This document shows, piece by piece, positions 29,368 through 38,982 of a stretch of DNA of 64,000 nt (positions are counted from its first letter, which is position 1; every line of letters starts with the position of its first letter). Origin of the DNA: an uncultured Nitrospinaceae bacterium. Lineage in GTDB: Bacteria; UBA8248. The translations under genes and the position numbers were made by a program. The notes under the pieces were generated by a model that ran no database searches, was not told the DNA's origin, and saw only the letters and a program-made list of their open reading frames with translations. Location: contig CAXFSR010000017.1 of assembly GCA_964005815.1 (NCBI GenBank), positions 173,401-237,400 on the forward strand, in the 5' to 3' direction.

Positions 29368-30396
29368 ATGACATTAAACTTAGATAATCTTGACTACAAA
29401 TTACCCGAAAAAAAAATTGCAAAGTACCCGTTAGAAAATAGGGAAGATGCCAAACTCCTTTGTATTAACAAAAAGAATTCAGAAATTATACACACTAAAA
29501 TAAAAAACTTGCCCGATATATTGAATCAAAATGATCTGATTATTTTCAATAATACAAAAGTTAATAACTGGAGATTTTATGGGAATCTTACGACAGGCGC
29601 AAAAGTAGAAGTTCTACTTTATGAGAGAAAAACAGAAACAACTTTCCTTGCACTCCTATCTGCGAATAGAAAAATAAAAGAAAATGAGAAAATTAAATTT
29701 AAAAAAGGAATTTCGGCAACTGTAGAGTTTAGAGGGAAAGAAAGGCTTCTGGAATTTACCAAAATTAAGAACTTTGAAAATTGGCTATCAAAAGAAGGTG
29801 ATGTGCCAATACCCCCCTATCTTCGCAGAAAATCAGAATCGATTGACTACGAAAGATACCAGACAATCTTTTCTAAAAACCCTGGTTCGATTGCAGCTCC
29901 CACAGCAGGATTCCATTTTTCTGAAAAACTTATGGAAAACATTACCAAAAAGAAAATAGAAATTGCAGAGATTACTTTAGATATTGGTATTGGTACTTTC
30001 TCCCCAATAAGGGAAAAGAACTTCAAACAGCACAAAATGCATGAAGAAAAATATGAAATACCACAAGACGTTGTAAACAAAATAGAACAAACAAATTCAA
30101 GATGTGGCCGAGTAATTGCAATTGGTACTACTGTTACAAGAGCATTGGAATCCTCTTATTTAAAAAACAAAAACATTATAAATTCAGGAAAAGGAACTAG
30201 TGATTTATTTATTACCCCAGGATATAAATTTCAAGTAATTAATGGATTATTAACCAATTTTCATTTGCCAAAATCTACTTTGTTATCATTAGTAATTGCT
30301 TTTGGAGGCAAGAATGCAATAGAAAAAGCTTACACTAGTGCGCTTAGTGATGATTACAGGTTTTATAGTTATGGGGATGCAATGCTAATTACTTAA
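29368..30396 (+). CDS. queA: S-adenosylmethionine:tRNA ribosyltransferase-isomerase
   Basis: 342 aa. LDYKLPEKKIAKYPLENREDAKLL N-terminus and ...AAPTAGFHF... core typical of QueA. Confidence 0.9.
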   Translation: MTLNLDNLDYKLPEKKIAKYPLENREDAKLLCINKKNSEIIHTKIKNLPDILNQNDLIIFNNTKVNNWRFYGNLTTGAKVEVLLYERKTETTFLALLSANRKIKENEKIKFKKGISATVEFRGKERLLEFTKIKNFENWLSKEGDVPIPPYLRRKSESIDYERYQTIFSKNPGSIAAPTAGFHFSEKLMENITKKKIEIAEITLDIGIGTFSPIREKNFKQHKMHEEKYEIPQDVVNKIEQTNSRCGRVIAIGTTVTRALESSYLKNKNIINSGKGTSDLFITPGYKFQVINGLLTNFHLPKSTLLSLVIAFGGKNAIEKAYTSALSDDYRFYSYGDAMLIT

Positions 30397-30398
30397 GA

Positions 30399-30707
30399 TC
30401 AATAAAAACGTGAAGAGGATTTAATTTTTGATTTATCATTCAGTACTAATTTAAAATATTTTCCTGGTTTAAATCTCACTACCTTTCTCGCACTTATCTC
30501 CGCCTCCTCTCCAGTTTTAGGATTTCTTCCTATTCGTGCACTTTTCTTTTTTACATCGAAAGAACCAAATCTTCTTAGAACTACAGGATCTCCTTTGGAC
30601 AAACTACTTTTGATAGCATTAAAAATGGTCTCTACTGCTTCTTCAGATTTAACTTTGCTCAATCCCGTATCACCAGCGACAAGATTAACGATATCCACTT
30701 TAGTCAA
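30399..30707 (-). CDS. HU/IHF-family nucleoid-associated DNA-binding protein
   Basis: RFGSFDVKKKSARIGRNPKTGEEAEISARKVVRFKPGK matches the HU/IHF beta-arm signature. 102 aa. Confidence 0.85.
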   Translation of the reverse strand: MTKVDIVNLVAGDTGLSKVKSEEAVETIFNAIKSSLSKGDPVVLRRFGSFDVKKKSARIGRNPKTGEEAEISARKVVRFKPGKYFKLVLNDKSKIKSSSRFY

Positions 30708-30828
30708 AGTCAGGCCCTAAAAATAAAAAGAAATAAATATTAATTAAGTAAAATTTATATTAACATTGTGTTATTCAAGGGGCAAGAAAAACAAGCATCT
30801 TTAAATATTAGAATGAAAGATTGTAAAT

Positions 30829-31956
30829 ATGTTCTCCTCTAAAATTGAAGAAATTCAACCGTTCTTAGTTATGGATATTTTAAGAAAAGCGAACGATCTT
30901 GAGAGAGACGGAAAAAAAATTGTACACTTAGAACTAGGAGAACCCGATTTTCCCACGCCTAAAGTAATAGTCGAATCCGCAAAAAAAGCTCTTAAAGATG
31001 GAAATACTCATTACACAAACTCTTTAGGGATTCTAGAATTAAGAAAATCAATTTCAGATTATTACAACGAAACATATAATTTAAATATTTCATCTAATAG
31101 AGTGATTGTCACAAACGGCACTAGTCCAGCGATGTTGATTCTGTTCAAATTACTACTTGAAATTGATGACGAAGTAATAATTTCTGACCCCCACTACGCA
31201 TGCTATCCTTCCTTTATAACTTGTACGGGTGCTAAACCTGTATTAGTACCATTCAAAAACTTTTCTTCAGAAGTCACAAACTATATCACTGACAAAACAA
31301 AAATCATTTTAATCAACTCTCCTTCCAATCCCACTGGCACGAGACTTAGAAAGGAGGAAATAGAAAAATTATCAGCCTTACATCCAGTAATCGTTTCAGA
31401 TGAGATTTATCATGGAATTAGCACGGGAATTAGAGACCATTCTGCATTAGAATTCTCAGATAATTCAGTTGTGATAAACGGCTTTTCAAAATTTTTTGCT
31501 ATGACTGGATGGAGATTAGGATACATGATTGTACCAGAATGTTTCGTGAGAAAATTAGAGATACTACAACAGAATTTCTTTATTTCAGCTAATCCATTTG
31601 TCCAAATAGCAGGAATTACCGCACTCAAAGAAGCAATACCGGAAGCGAAACTCATGAATCAAATCTACACCAAAAGGAGAAAGTTAGCTTTAGAAGGTTT
31701 AGAATCAATTAATCTGGAAACAAGACCGCATCCTGATGGTGCTTTTTATGCACTATTTAACGTAAGTAATTTTGAAAAAGATAGTATGAAACTTGCAAGC
31801 GAAATACTGACCTCTGCTGGAGTAGCGCTAGCCCCAGGAAAGGATTTTGGACCAAGAGGGGAAGGACACCTCAGGCTCTCGTATTGTAATTCAGAAGAAA
31901 ATATAGAAAAAGGAATCAATCTAATAGGGAAATTTTTAAAAGAAAAATATCTCTAA
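30829..31956 (+). CDS. class I/II PLP-dependent aminotransferase
   Basis: 375 aa. NSPSNPTG, SDEIY, SKFFAMTGWRLGY (PLP-Lys) motifs. Confidence 0.8.
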   Translation: MFSSKIEEIQPFLVMDILRKANDLERDGKKIVHLELGEPDFPTPKVIVESAKKALKDGNTHYTNSLGILELRKSISDYYNETYNLNISSNRVIVTNGTSPAMLILFKLLLEIDDEVIISDPHYACYPSFITCTGAKPVLVPFKNFSSEVTNYITDKTKIILINSPSNPTGTRLRKEEIEKLSALHPVIVSDEIYHGISTGIRDHSALEFSDNSVVINGFSKFFAMTGWRLGYMIVPECFVRKLEILQQNFFISANPFVQIAGITALKEAIPEAKLMNQIYTKRRKLALEGLESINLETRPHPDGAFYALFNVSNFEKDSMKLASEILTSAGVALAPGKDFGPRGEGHLRLSYCNSEENIEKGINLIGKFLKEKYL

Positions 31957-32234
31957 TCTTCTGTATTTAACTCTATAGAATTTTCATCTAAAAGTACTTC
32001 TTCAGAATCATTTCTAGTGTCAGTCCACTCAAGTTTTCCTTCAATAATTTCTCGAAAAACTACTTCTTCCTTAGTATCAGTTTTCTTAGTTTCTACTAGA
32101 GGTTCTGCTCCATTCCTTAATTGATTAACTCTCTTTGCGAGTAAAATAGACATCAAGAATCTATTCTGTACTTGGTCGGTTGCAAGTTCGAAAAGCTCAT
32201 CATAACTAGCTTGCTCTAACATAAATGCCTCCAA
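31953..32234 (-). CDS. rpoZ: DNA-directed RNA polymerase subunit omega
   Basis: ATDQVQNRFLMSILLAKRVNQLRNGAEPLVETKKTDTKEEVVFREIIEGKL aligns along its length with E. coli RpoZ [51 protein letters not shown]. Confidence 0.85.
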   Translation of the reverse strand: MEAFMLEQASYDELFELATDQVQNRFLMSILLAKRVNQLRNGAEPLVETKKTDTKEEVVFREIIEGKLEWTDTRNDSEEVLLDENSIELNTED

Positions 32235-32263
32235 AACACTAAATATAAAATTTTAAAATTTAC

Positions 32264-32788
32264 TTATCCGATACCAACATGCTGCACATAGGCAACTTGC
32301 ATATTTGATCGTACTTGCTTAAGTATATCAGCTTCTTCTTCAGTCAAATTTCCTTTCATTTTCTCTTCTAACATACCAAAGAGATCAACAAATAATTTAG
32401 CAGCTCTAGGATCAGCCGACCCTACCTTTTCACCTGTTTGAGGATGAAGTCCCATTGCACCCAAAGCATTCGCTTGAAGAATAGCGATCATCATTTCGAA
32501 ATGTTTTTCATCTTCCTCTTCTTCCTTTTCTTCCTTAGATTCTTCCGATTGAATATCTGAGGATTCATCCGGAGACTGCTTAACTTCTTCTGGAATTTCT
32601 TGATTTAACTCGGATACATTTTCTGTTTGCCCTGAGGGTTCCGAATTATCAGAAGAAATAATAGGATTACTATCTGATTTTTCTTCAACTTCTTCAGCAT
32701 CATAACCAGTTACAGAATAGCGTCTATCTGAAACCTTGAAACTTTGAGGTTCTTCATTCTCTGAGATGTTTTTTTCTTCTTCAGACAT
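32264..32788 (-). CDS. hypothetical acidic protein (174 aa; Glu/Ser-rich N-terminal half, conserved-looking C-terminal about 80 aa)
   Basis: ORF between dnaJ and rpoZ on the minus strand. The N-terminal half is low-complexity and acidic (EEEKEEEEDEK). C-terminal MIAILQANALGAMGLHPQTGEKVGSADPRAAKLFVDLFGMLEEK... not recognised. Confidence 0.5.
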   Translation of the reverse strand: MSEEEKNISENEEPQSFKVSDRRYSVTGYDAEEVEEKSDSNPIISSDNSEPSGQTENVSELNQEIPEEVKQSPDESSDIQSEESKEEKEEEEDEKHFEMMIAILQANALGAMGLHPQTGEKVGSADPRAAKLFVDLFGMLEEKMKGNLTEEEADILKQVRSNMQVAYVQHVGIG

Positions 32789-32830
32789 TTTTCCCTCTTT
32801 TGTAAAATAAAAAATACAAGAAGAACATAT

Positions 32831-33982
32831 TTATCTATAGAAAGGCAACCTTGGAAACTCAAAAAACTTTTTTATCTTATCAAATATGTGAATGCAGTTC
32901 AGAAAAGATTTAGTCGTCGGAGTTCCTTGCTTTTCAAATTTGGCTAATTCTTGGAATAGCTTCTTTTCTTTAGAACTTAACTTCCTTGGAGTAAGTATAG
33001 AAAAGACGACTATATGATCACCCTTAGAATTGCTTGTCAAAGATGGAAATCCTTGTTTTTTAATAACCGCGCTTTCTCCTGACTGAACTCCCTGTGGTAC
33101 TGTAATTTCACTTTCCCCATACAAAGTTTGTACAAGAATCTTTCCACCAAGCGCAGCCTGAGAAAAAGTCACATCTTCTCTGCTAAAAACATTATTTCCT
33201 TCTCTTTCTAATCTATCATGTTTTAATAGATTGACTATTACATGCAAATCTCCAGAAGGCCCTCCATTAATTCCACCTTCTCCCTTTTCACGTAATCTCA
33301 AACGTGATTCATGGTCAGCTCCTGGTGGAATTTTAACTTTCACAGAACATTCTTCTTGACGTTTTCCAGAACCCCTACATTCATCACAATGCTCTATAAT
33401 CTTATTTCCAGAACCGTCACATTCGGAACACTGAGAGCTAAAAGTTACGAACCCCTGCCTATATGCTACTTGACCACTTCCACCACAGGTTTCACAATTT
33501 AAAATAGATTCTGAATTTTTAGCTCCTGTACCACCGCAATATACACACTCTATTTCTCTTTCAAATTCGACATCATGTTCTGAACCCATAGCAGCTTCTT
33601 CGAATGTAAGATCTAACTGATATGCAAGATCTCTTCCTTTTACTCTTCCATCTCCTCTAGAACTTCGTCCAAATGCTCCGCCAAAAATGTCAGAAAAAAC
33701 ATCTCCAAAAGATGAGAAAATATCATCTACACTTGAGAAACCAGAAGAAAATCCACCAGAAAGTCCATCATGACCATATTGATCATAAATACCTCTTTTT
33801 TGAGTATCACTTAAAACTTGATAGGCTTCGGAAGCTTCTTTAAAAAGTTCTTCAGCTTTTGAATCTCCTGGATTTCTGTCTGGATGATACTGCATTGCTG
33901 TTGAGCGGTAAGCTTTTTTTATTTCCGACTCTGTTGCATTCCTGCTAATATTTAAAATTTCGTAATAATCCCTTTTTGACAC
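32831..33982 (-). CDS. dnaJ: chaperone DnaJ (type I, with CxxCxGxG zinc-finger repeats)
   Basis: J-domain with HPD (YHPDRNPG), G/F-rich linker, four CxxCxGxG repeats (CVYCGGTG, CETCGGSG, CSECDGSG, CDECRGSG), C-terminal domains. Confidence 0.9.
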   Translation of the reverse strand: MSKRDYYEILNISRNATESEIKKAYRSTAMQYHPDRNPGDSKAEELFKEASEAYQVLSDTQKRGIYDQYGHDGLSGGFSSGFSSVDDIFSSFGDVFSDIFGGAFGRSSRGDGRVKGRDLAYQLDLTFEEAAMGSEHDVEFEREIECVYCGGTGAKNSESILNCETCGGSGQVAYRQGFVTFSSQCSECDGSGNKIIEHCDECRGSGKRQEECSVKVKIPPGADHESRLRLREKGEGGINGGPSGDLHVIVNLLKHDRLEREGNNVFSREDVTFSQAALGGKILVQTLYGESEITVPQGVQSGESAVIKKQGFPSLTSNSKGDHIVVFSILTPRKLSSKEKKLFQELAKFEKQGTPTTKSFLNCIHIFDKIKKFFEFPRLPFYR

Positions 33983-34012
33983 TTTATATGTTCTCCCGAG
34001 TCAACCATACGT

Positions 34013-34759
34013 TTAAGTAGGTTGCTCATCTTTTTTTGATTCGATATATCTTCCGACTGCAACACGACTAGGACGGAGAATCTCATCGTTTAAAAAATAC
34101 CCTACTGAAAGTTCTTCTAAAATTTTTCCATCTAATTCTTTATCTGTTACATCGTCAGAACGTATCGCTTCATGTCTAACAGGATCGAAAATTTCCCCAA
34201 CAGATTGAATTGGTTTTACCCCTTGTGAGGATAATTCTTGAAAGAATCTACTCTCCACCATTCGAAATCCTTCAATAAGGGATTGTATACCTTCAACTTT
34301 TGTGTTGGGTTCATTTTTCCAACCATCCTGTACTGCATGATTAGCCCTAGATAAATCATCTCCAACACTCAACAAACTAGTAAACAGTTCTTTTTTTACT
34401 TGTTGAATTCTTCTTTCTAAATCCTTTTCTTGACGTTTTCTAAACTCCTTAGACTCTTTATTAACTCTTGCAATATGTTCTTGAAGTTTTTCTTCTGCTA
34501 TCAAAACTTTTTTCTCTAAAAGTTCAACATAACTTGGCACCAAAGATGGTGACTCATCTTTATTTTTTTCTTCTGTTGAATCTTCTTCTGTAGGATCTTC
34601 TTCTGATTTAAAACGTCTACGATCATTTACACGGGCTTTTTCCTCTTCGTTCTCAATTTCTTTTGAATTCTCATCCTCTTTGGTATCAGAAGAAAAAATA
34701 TTTTCTCCTAATGAGGATTTCTCATCATCGTTAGAATCAACCTTCTCTACCTGCATCAA
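34013..34759 (-). CDS. grpE: nucleotide exchange factor GrpE
   Basis: 248 aa. Acidic N-terminus, long coiled-coil (…RVNKESKEFRKRQEKDLERRIQQVKKELF…) and a C-terminal beta-domain typical of GrpE. Confidence 0.85.
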   Translation of the reverse strand: MMQVEKVDSNDDEKSSLGENIFSSDTKEDENSKEIENEEEKARVNDRRRFKSEEDPTEEDSTEEKNKDESPSLVPSYVELLEKKVLIAEEKLQEHIARVNKESKEFRKRQEKDLERRIQQVKKELFTSLLSVGDDLSRANHAVQDGWKNEPNTKVEGIQSLIEGFRMVESRFFQELSSQGVKPIQSVGEIFDPVRHEAIRSDDVTDKELDGKILEELSVGYFLNDEILRPSRVAVGRYIESKKDEQPT

Positions 34760-34847
34760 AAAACCTCCAAAAGTTAAAAACTTTACAACCTAAAAAACCT
34801 TTACGAATTTCACTGACTTAAAACAAAAGAACAATACTATGTTCTAA

Positions 34848-35252
34848 TTATTTCTCTCTTTTGAGTTTCATAAGCTTCGCTCCTATAGATGGTATAAGAG
34901 CATTCATGTCAGGAGTTGCATTTTCAATTTTTTGACGAAATTCCTCAAATGCATCACTACTTAAAACCTCTTCCATCTGCTCAAGTCTTTCTATTGCCAA
35001 ATGTAGTTTTTGACGTAATTCTATAATTACTTCAACTCCAGCCAAATTAATTCCCATATCTCTAGTAAGTGTTAGAATAATTTCTAACTTTTCTAAATCT
35101 TTCTCTTCATAAAGACGAGTTCTACCCTCACTTCGCATAGGTTCAATTAATCCCTCTCTTTCATACATTCTCAAGGTCTGGGGATGTATTTCGAACATTT
35201 CAGCAACAGTACTTATAGTATATTTTACTTGTTTCCTGCTCCTACGTACCAA
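34848..35252 (-). CDS. hspR: MerR-family heat-shock repressor HspR-like
   Basis: N-terminal MerR HTH (YTISTVAEMFEIHPQTLRMYEREGLIEP...R.Y) followed by a coiled-coil. Embedded between J-protein and grpE genes. Confidence 0.8.
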   Translation of the reverse strand: MVRRSRKQVKYTISTVAEMFEIHPQTLRMYEREGLIEPMRSEGRTRLYEEKDLEKLEIILTLTRDMGINLAGVEVIIELRQKLHLAIERLEQMEEVLSSDAFEEFRQKIENATPDMNALIPSIGAKLMKLKREK

Positions 35253-35265
35253 GACCTTATCCTCA

Positions 35266-36213
35266 TTAAGTTCGTGAAATATTCATGCCTTCTCTAGGAT
35301 CAATTGGATTCAATCTTTCAAATTCTCGAATTAAATCTTTACTTTTTTCGTCAATTCTTTCAGGAAGTTTTAAACTTACAGCTACAAAAAGATCTCCCTT
35401 ACCAGTTCCCTTCATTTGAGGTGCGCCTTTTCCATTTAGTCGCAACCTTTGTCCATTTTGAGTCCCAGGAGGAATTGTAACTTTCGTTACTCCTTCGAAA
35501 GTTTCTAATTCTACACGAGTACCTAAAGAAAGCTCACCTAGAGTCAGGGGAAGATCAATATATAAATTATCTCCTTTTCTTTCAATGTAAGGATGAGTAC
35601 TTACCTTTGTTAAAATATACAGGTCACCATTTTTCCCTCCTGTCTGAGAAGTTTCCCCTTTACCTGTTAACCTAATTCGAGAACCATTTGAAACACCAGC
35701 AGGTATTTTCACTTTAATTCTTTCTGTTGCCCTTCTGAGGACACCATTGTTAATAATATTTTTAGGAACTGTCACAACAGTTTCCAGACCACGTAAGGCA
35801 TCATCAAAACCAATCTCTATAGAATAATTTACATCTTCTCCCTTTGTGTTTACTGGAGAACCCCAGTTTGAGGAACGATAGGAAGTTCTTCCACGTTGTC
35901 CTCCAAAAAAACTACCAAAGATATCTCCTATACCTATGTCTTTTAAGATATCTTCCATATTTATTCCGCCTTCCCATGGATTACCTCCTGAAAATGCAGC
36001 GTGGCCCATCGTGTCATATTTACGTCTTTTTTCAACATCAGAGAGGACTGCGTAAGCTTCACTTATTTCCTTGAAACGCTCTTCTGCAGATTTGTTCCCG
36101 GGATTTACATCAGGATGATATTTTCTGGCAAGTTTTTTAAATGCTCTCTTCAATTGTTCAGAAGAAACATCTCTATTTACTCCTAACAGCTCATAATAAT
36201 CCCGTTTCGACAT
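35266..36213 (-). CDS. cbpA: J-domain co-chaperone without zinc finger (CbpA/DnaJ type II-like)
   Basis: J-domain with HPD (YHPDVNPG), G/F region, C-terminal substrate-binding domains. No CxxCxGxG repeats. 315 aa. Confidence 0.8.
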   Translation of the reverse strand: MSKRDYYELLGVNRDVSSEQLKRAFKKLARKYHPDVNPGNKSAEERFKEISEAYAVLSDVEKRRKYDTMGHAAFSGGNPWEGGINMEDILKDIGIGDIFGSFFGGQRGRTSYRSSNWGSPVNTKGEDVNYSIEIGFDDALRGLETVVTVPKNIINNGVLRRATERIKVKIPAGVSNGSRIRLTGKGETSQTGGKNGDLYILTKVSTHPYIERKGDNLYIDLPLTLGELSLGTRVELETFEGVTKVTIPPGTQNGQRLRLNGKGAPQMKGTGKGDLFVAVSLKLPERIDEKSKDLIREFERLNPIDPREGMNISRT

Positions 36214-36248
36214 ACGAATTCCCTGAAAGATAAAAAATTAGAATAAAA

Positions 36249-38174
36249 TTATTTGTCCTTTTTAACTTCTTCAAATTCTGCATCTACTACATCACCATCA
36301 TCACCACCTGTTTCATTTCCATTTTCTGTATTAGCAGATGGATTTTCAGAATCTGTATTTGCCTGTTTGCTAGCTTCTTCGTACATCGCCTGAGACAATT
36401 TATGTGATACAGTTTCTAAATTCGTTTTAGCAGAATCAATTTCTTCAATAGTTGCATCTTGATTTTCAAGAACTTTACGGACCTCTGCAATAGCATCTTC
36501 TATAGCTTTTTTATCTTCCTCTGAAACTTTATCATTGTTTTCACCCAACATCTTTTCTGTACTGTATGCGAGAGATTCTGCATTGTTTCTAGATTCCACG
36601 AGTTCTCTACGTTTTTTATCCTCACCAGCATTTTCTTCAGCATCTTTCACCATATTATTTATCTCTTCTTCAGAAATACCACTTGAACTCGTAATCGTAA
36701 TAGCTTGTTCCTTACCTGTACCTAAATCTTTTGCAGAAACATTAACAATCCCATTAGCATCAATGTCAAAGGTGACTTCTATTTGTGGCACTCCACGCGG
36801 AGCAGACGGAATATCTACAAGATGAAATTTTCCAAGACTACGATTATCAGCAGCCATTTCTCTCTCTCCTTGTAGAACATGCACCTCCACAGAAGTTTGA
36901 TTATCCGCAGCAGTAGAAAATGTTTCACTTTTTTTAACAGGAATTGTGGTGTTACGCTCAATAAGTTTCGTACAAACATTTCCTAAAGTCTCTATCCCTA
37001 GTGATAATGGAGTAACATCCAACAATAAAACATCCTTAACATCCCCTGCTAGAACACCACCTTGTACTGCCGCACCGACTGCTACAACTTCATCAGGATT
37101 CACACCTTTATGTGGTTCTTTAGTAAAGAATTTCTTTACTGTTTCCTGAACAAGAGGCATACGCGTAGAACCTCCAACTAAAACCACCTCATCTATATCT
37201 CCAGGTTGAAGATTTGCATCATTTAAAGATTGACGACAAGGAACAAGTGTTCTTTCTACTAATTCACCAGCAAGTTGTTCTAACTTAGAACGAGAAATTT
37301 TGATATTTAAATGTTTGGGTCCTGAGGAATCAGCTGTAATAAATGGAAGGTTAATATCAGTTTCCATTGAACTAGAAAGTTCAATCTTTGCTTTCTCAGA
37401 CTCTTCACGTAACCTCTGTAAAGCCATTGGATCAGTAGACAAATCAATACCCTGATCTTTTTTAAACTCCTCAACTAGCCAATCTATAATTTGTTGGTCA
37501 ATATTGTCACCACCTAGATGGGTATCTCCATTTGTCGCCTTAACTTCAACAACGTTATCTCCAACTTCGAGGATAGAAACATCGAAAGTTCCACCACCAA
37601 AATCATAAACAGCTATAGTTTGATCCTGCTTTTTGTCCAGACCATAGGCCAAAGCTGCCGCAGTAGGTTCATTAATTATACGCAGAACATTTAATCCAGC
37701 GATCTTTCCAGCATCTGTAGTAGCTTGTCTTTGACTATCATTAAAATATGCAGGAACTGTCACTACAGCATCACTAACTTCCTCTCCAAGATAGTCACTA
37801 GCTGCTTGTTTTAATTTTTGTAGAACACTAGAAGAAATTTCAGGTGGTGCGTAAACTTTACCATTTATCTTAAGCCTAGCATCACCATTCTCAGCTTTTA
37901 TAACTTCATAAGGCACCATCTTAACTTCTTCTGGAACCTCATCGAATCTTCTACCCATAAATCTCTTTACTGAATAAATAGTATTTGTAGGGTTGGTTAC
38001 TGCTTGCCTTTTAGCAACAACTCCAACAAGTTTCTCACCTTCTGGAGTAAAACCAACTATACTAGGTGTAGTACGATTCCCTTCCTGATTTGGTATGACC
38101 GTAGGTTCACCGGCTTCCATAATAGAAACTACAGAGTTTGTGGTTCCTAAATCAATACCAATAACTTTTCCCAT
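36249..38174 (-). CDS. dnaK: molecular chaperone DnaK (Hsp70)
   Basis: [28 protein letters not shown] Hsp70 signatures. 641 aa. AGGAGG RBS 7 nt upstream. Confidence 0.95.
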   Translation of the reverse strand: MGKVIGIDLGTTNSVVSIMEAGEPTVIPNQEGNRTTPSIVGFTPEGEKLVGVVAKRQAVTNPTNTIYSVKRFMGRRFDEVPEEVKMVPYEVIKAENGDARLKINGKVYAPPEISSSVLQKLKQAASDYLGEEVSDAVVTVPAYFNDSQRQATTDAGKIAGLNVLRIINEPTAAALAYGLDKKQDQTIAVYDFGGGTFDVSILEVGDNVVEVKATNGDTHLGGDNIDQQIIDWLVEEFKKDQGIDLSTDPMALQRLREESEKAKIELSSSMETDINLPFITADSSGPKHLNIKISRSKLEQLAGELVERTLVPCRQSLNDANLQPGDIDEVVLVGGSTRMPLVQETVKKFFTKEPHKGVNPDEVVAVGAAVQGGVLAGDVKDVLLLDVTPLSLGIETLGNVCTKLIERNTTIPVKKSETFSTAADNQTSVEVHVLQGEREMAADNRSLGKFHLVDIPSAPRGVPQIEVTFDIDANGIVNVSAKDLGTGKEQAITITSSSGISEEEINNMVKDAEENAGEDKKRRELVESRNNAESLAYSTEKMLGENNDKVSEEDKKAIEDAIAEVRKVLENQDATIEEIDSAKTNLETVSHKLSQAMYEEASKQANTDSENPSANTENGNETGGDDGDVVDAEFEEVKKDK

Positions 38175-38246
38175 TTTTGCCTCCTAAAACAAAAAAATAA
38201 AATTAAAATCAACAATAAAAAAATAAAAAAACAAAATTGGATGTTA

Positions 38247-38301
38247 AATTTATAATATGAGTCTTTTATTGTCAATTTATATAAGTATAATTAACTCATA
38301 T
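38247..38301 (-). promoter_or_regulatory. candidate dnaK-operon sigma70-type promoter overlapped by an inverted repeat ATATGAGT/ACTCATAT (candidate HspR operator)
   Basis: Minus-strand TTGACA at 38270-38275. TATAAA-like -10 about 15-17 nt downstream (38247-38254). 8-bp inverted repeat arms at 38255-38262 and 38294-38301 bracket the -35. TGAGT/ACTCA are the half-sites of the HAIR consensus CTTGAGT-N7-ACTCAAG, but the spacing here is 31 nt. Confidence 0.4.
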
Positions 38302-38362
38302 ATAAATTGAATTAATTTTTTTATAAAATATCTGATTTGGAAATTAATTATTGATTAATTAA

Positions 38363-38392
38363 TTGATAGATTTGACAAAATTAAAATATAAA
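38363..38392 (+). promoter_or_regulatory. candidate promoter for the divergent iscA/erpA-like gene
   Basis: TTGATA (38363-38368), 18-nt spacer, TATAAA (38387-38392). A TTGACA is also present at 38372-38377. Very AT-rich context, so weak evidence. Confidence 0.25.
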
Positions 38393-38458
38393 GATAGCCT
38401 AACAAAAGAAATTGTTTATAAAGATATTAGTTAAAAATATTTAAAAAAGGGAACGTGA

Positions 38459-38827
38459 ATGGTAACTTTATTTGATGAAACCAAGTCACCTACAAAAAGC
38501 TCCGGGATTACCGTAACAGAAAATGCATCTAAAAAAGTGAGTGAACTTCTTAAAGCAGAAGGAAAAGAAAATCACGGACTTCGTTTATCAGTGACCGCAG
38601 GGGGCTGTTCAGGCTATAACTACGGATTATTTTTTGACGAAAAAGCAAACCCTGATGACAAAGTTTACGAATCAAACGGCATCAATATATTCATAGACAC
38701 TCAGAGCGATTCTCTTCTATCTGGCACAGAAATAGATTTCGTTGACAGCCTAGAAGGCTCAGGATTTAAAATCAACAATCCTAATGCAACGGGCACTTGC
38801 GGCTGCGGAAAATCTTTCACAGCCTAA
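38459..38827 (+). CDS. iron-sulfur cluster insertion protein, HesB/IscA/ErpA family
   Basis: 122 aa. Conserved Cys triad in GGCSGYNY ... GTCGCGKSF (C-x(n)-C-G-C). Confidence 0.8.
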   Translation: MVTLFDETKSPTKSSGITVTENASKKVSELLKAEGKENHGLRLSVTAGGCSGYNYGLFFDEKANPDDKVYESNGINIFIDTQSDSLLSGTEIDFVDSLEGSGFKINNPNATGTCGCGKSFTA

Positions 38828-38865
38828 ACAAAAAATCAACTAGCTAATTACCATCTAATTGAAGA

Positions 38866-38899
38866 AAACGGATTTTAATAAAATACAATCCGTTTTTTT
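38866..38899 (+). terminator. rho-independent terminator after the iscA-like gene
   Basis: Perfect 9-bp stem AAACGGATT / AATCCGTTT with a 12-nt loop followed by a T7 run (38893-38899). Confidence 0.6.
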
Positions 38900-38982
38900 G
38901 CCAATCTATATAAAATCGTTAAAAGAATGGTAAAATAATAAAATACACCCTTTTATTTAGCCTACTTAAAGAGGAATTTTTA

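Noticed and set aside
38341-38370. TTGATTAATTAATTGATA repeat-like element upstream of the iscA-like gene
   Set aside because: Imperfect, very AT-rich, and not a true palindrome (direct ATTGAT repeats around a TTAATTAA core). Cannot be distinguished from background low-complexity.
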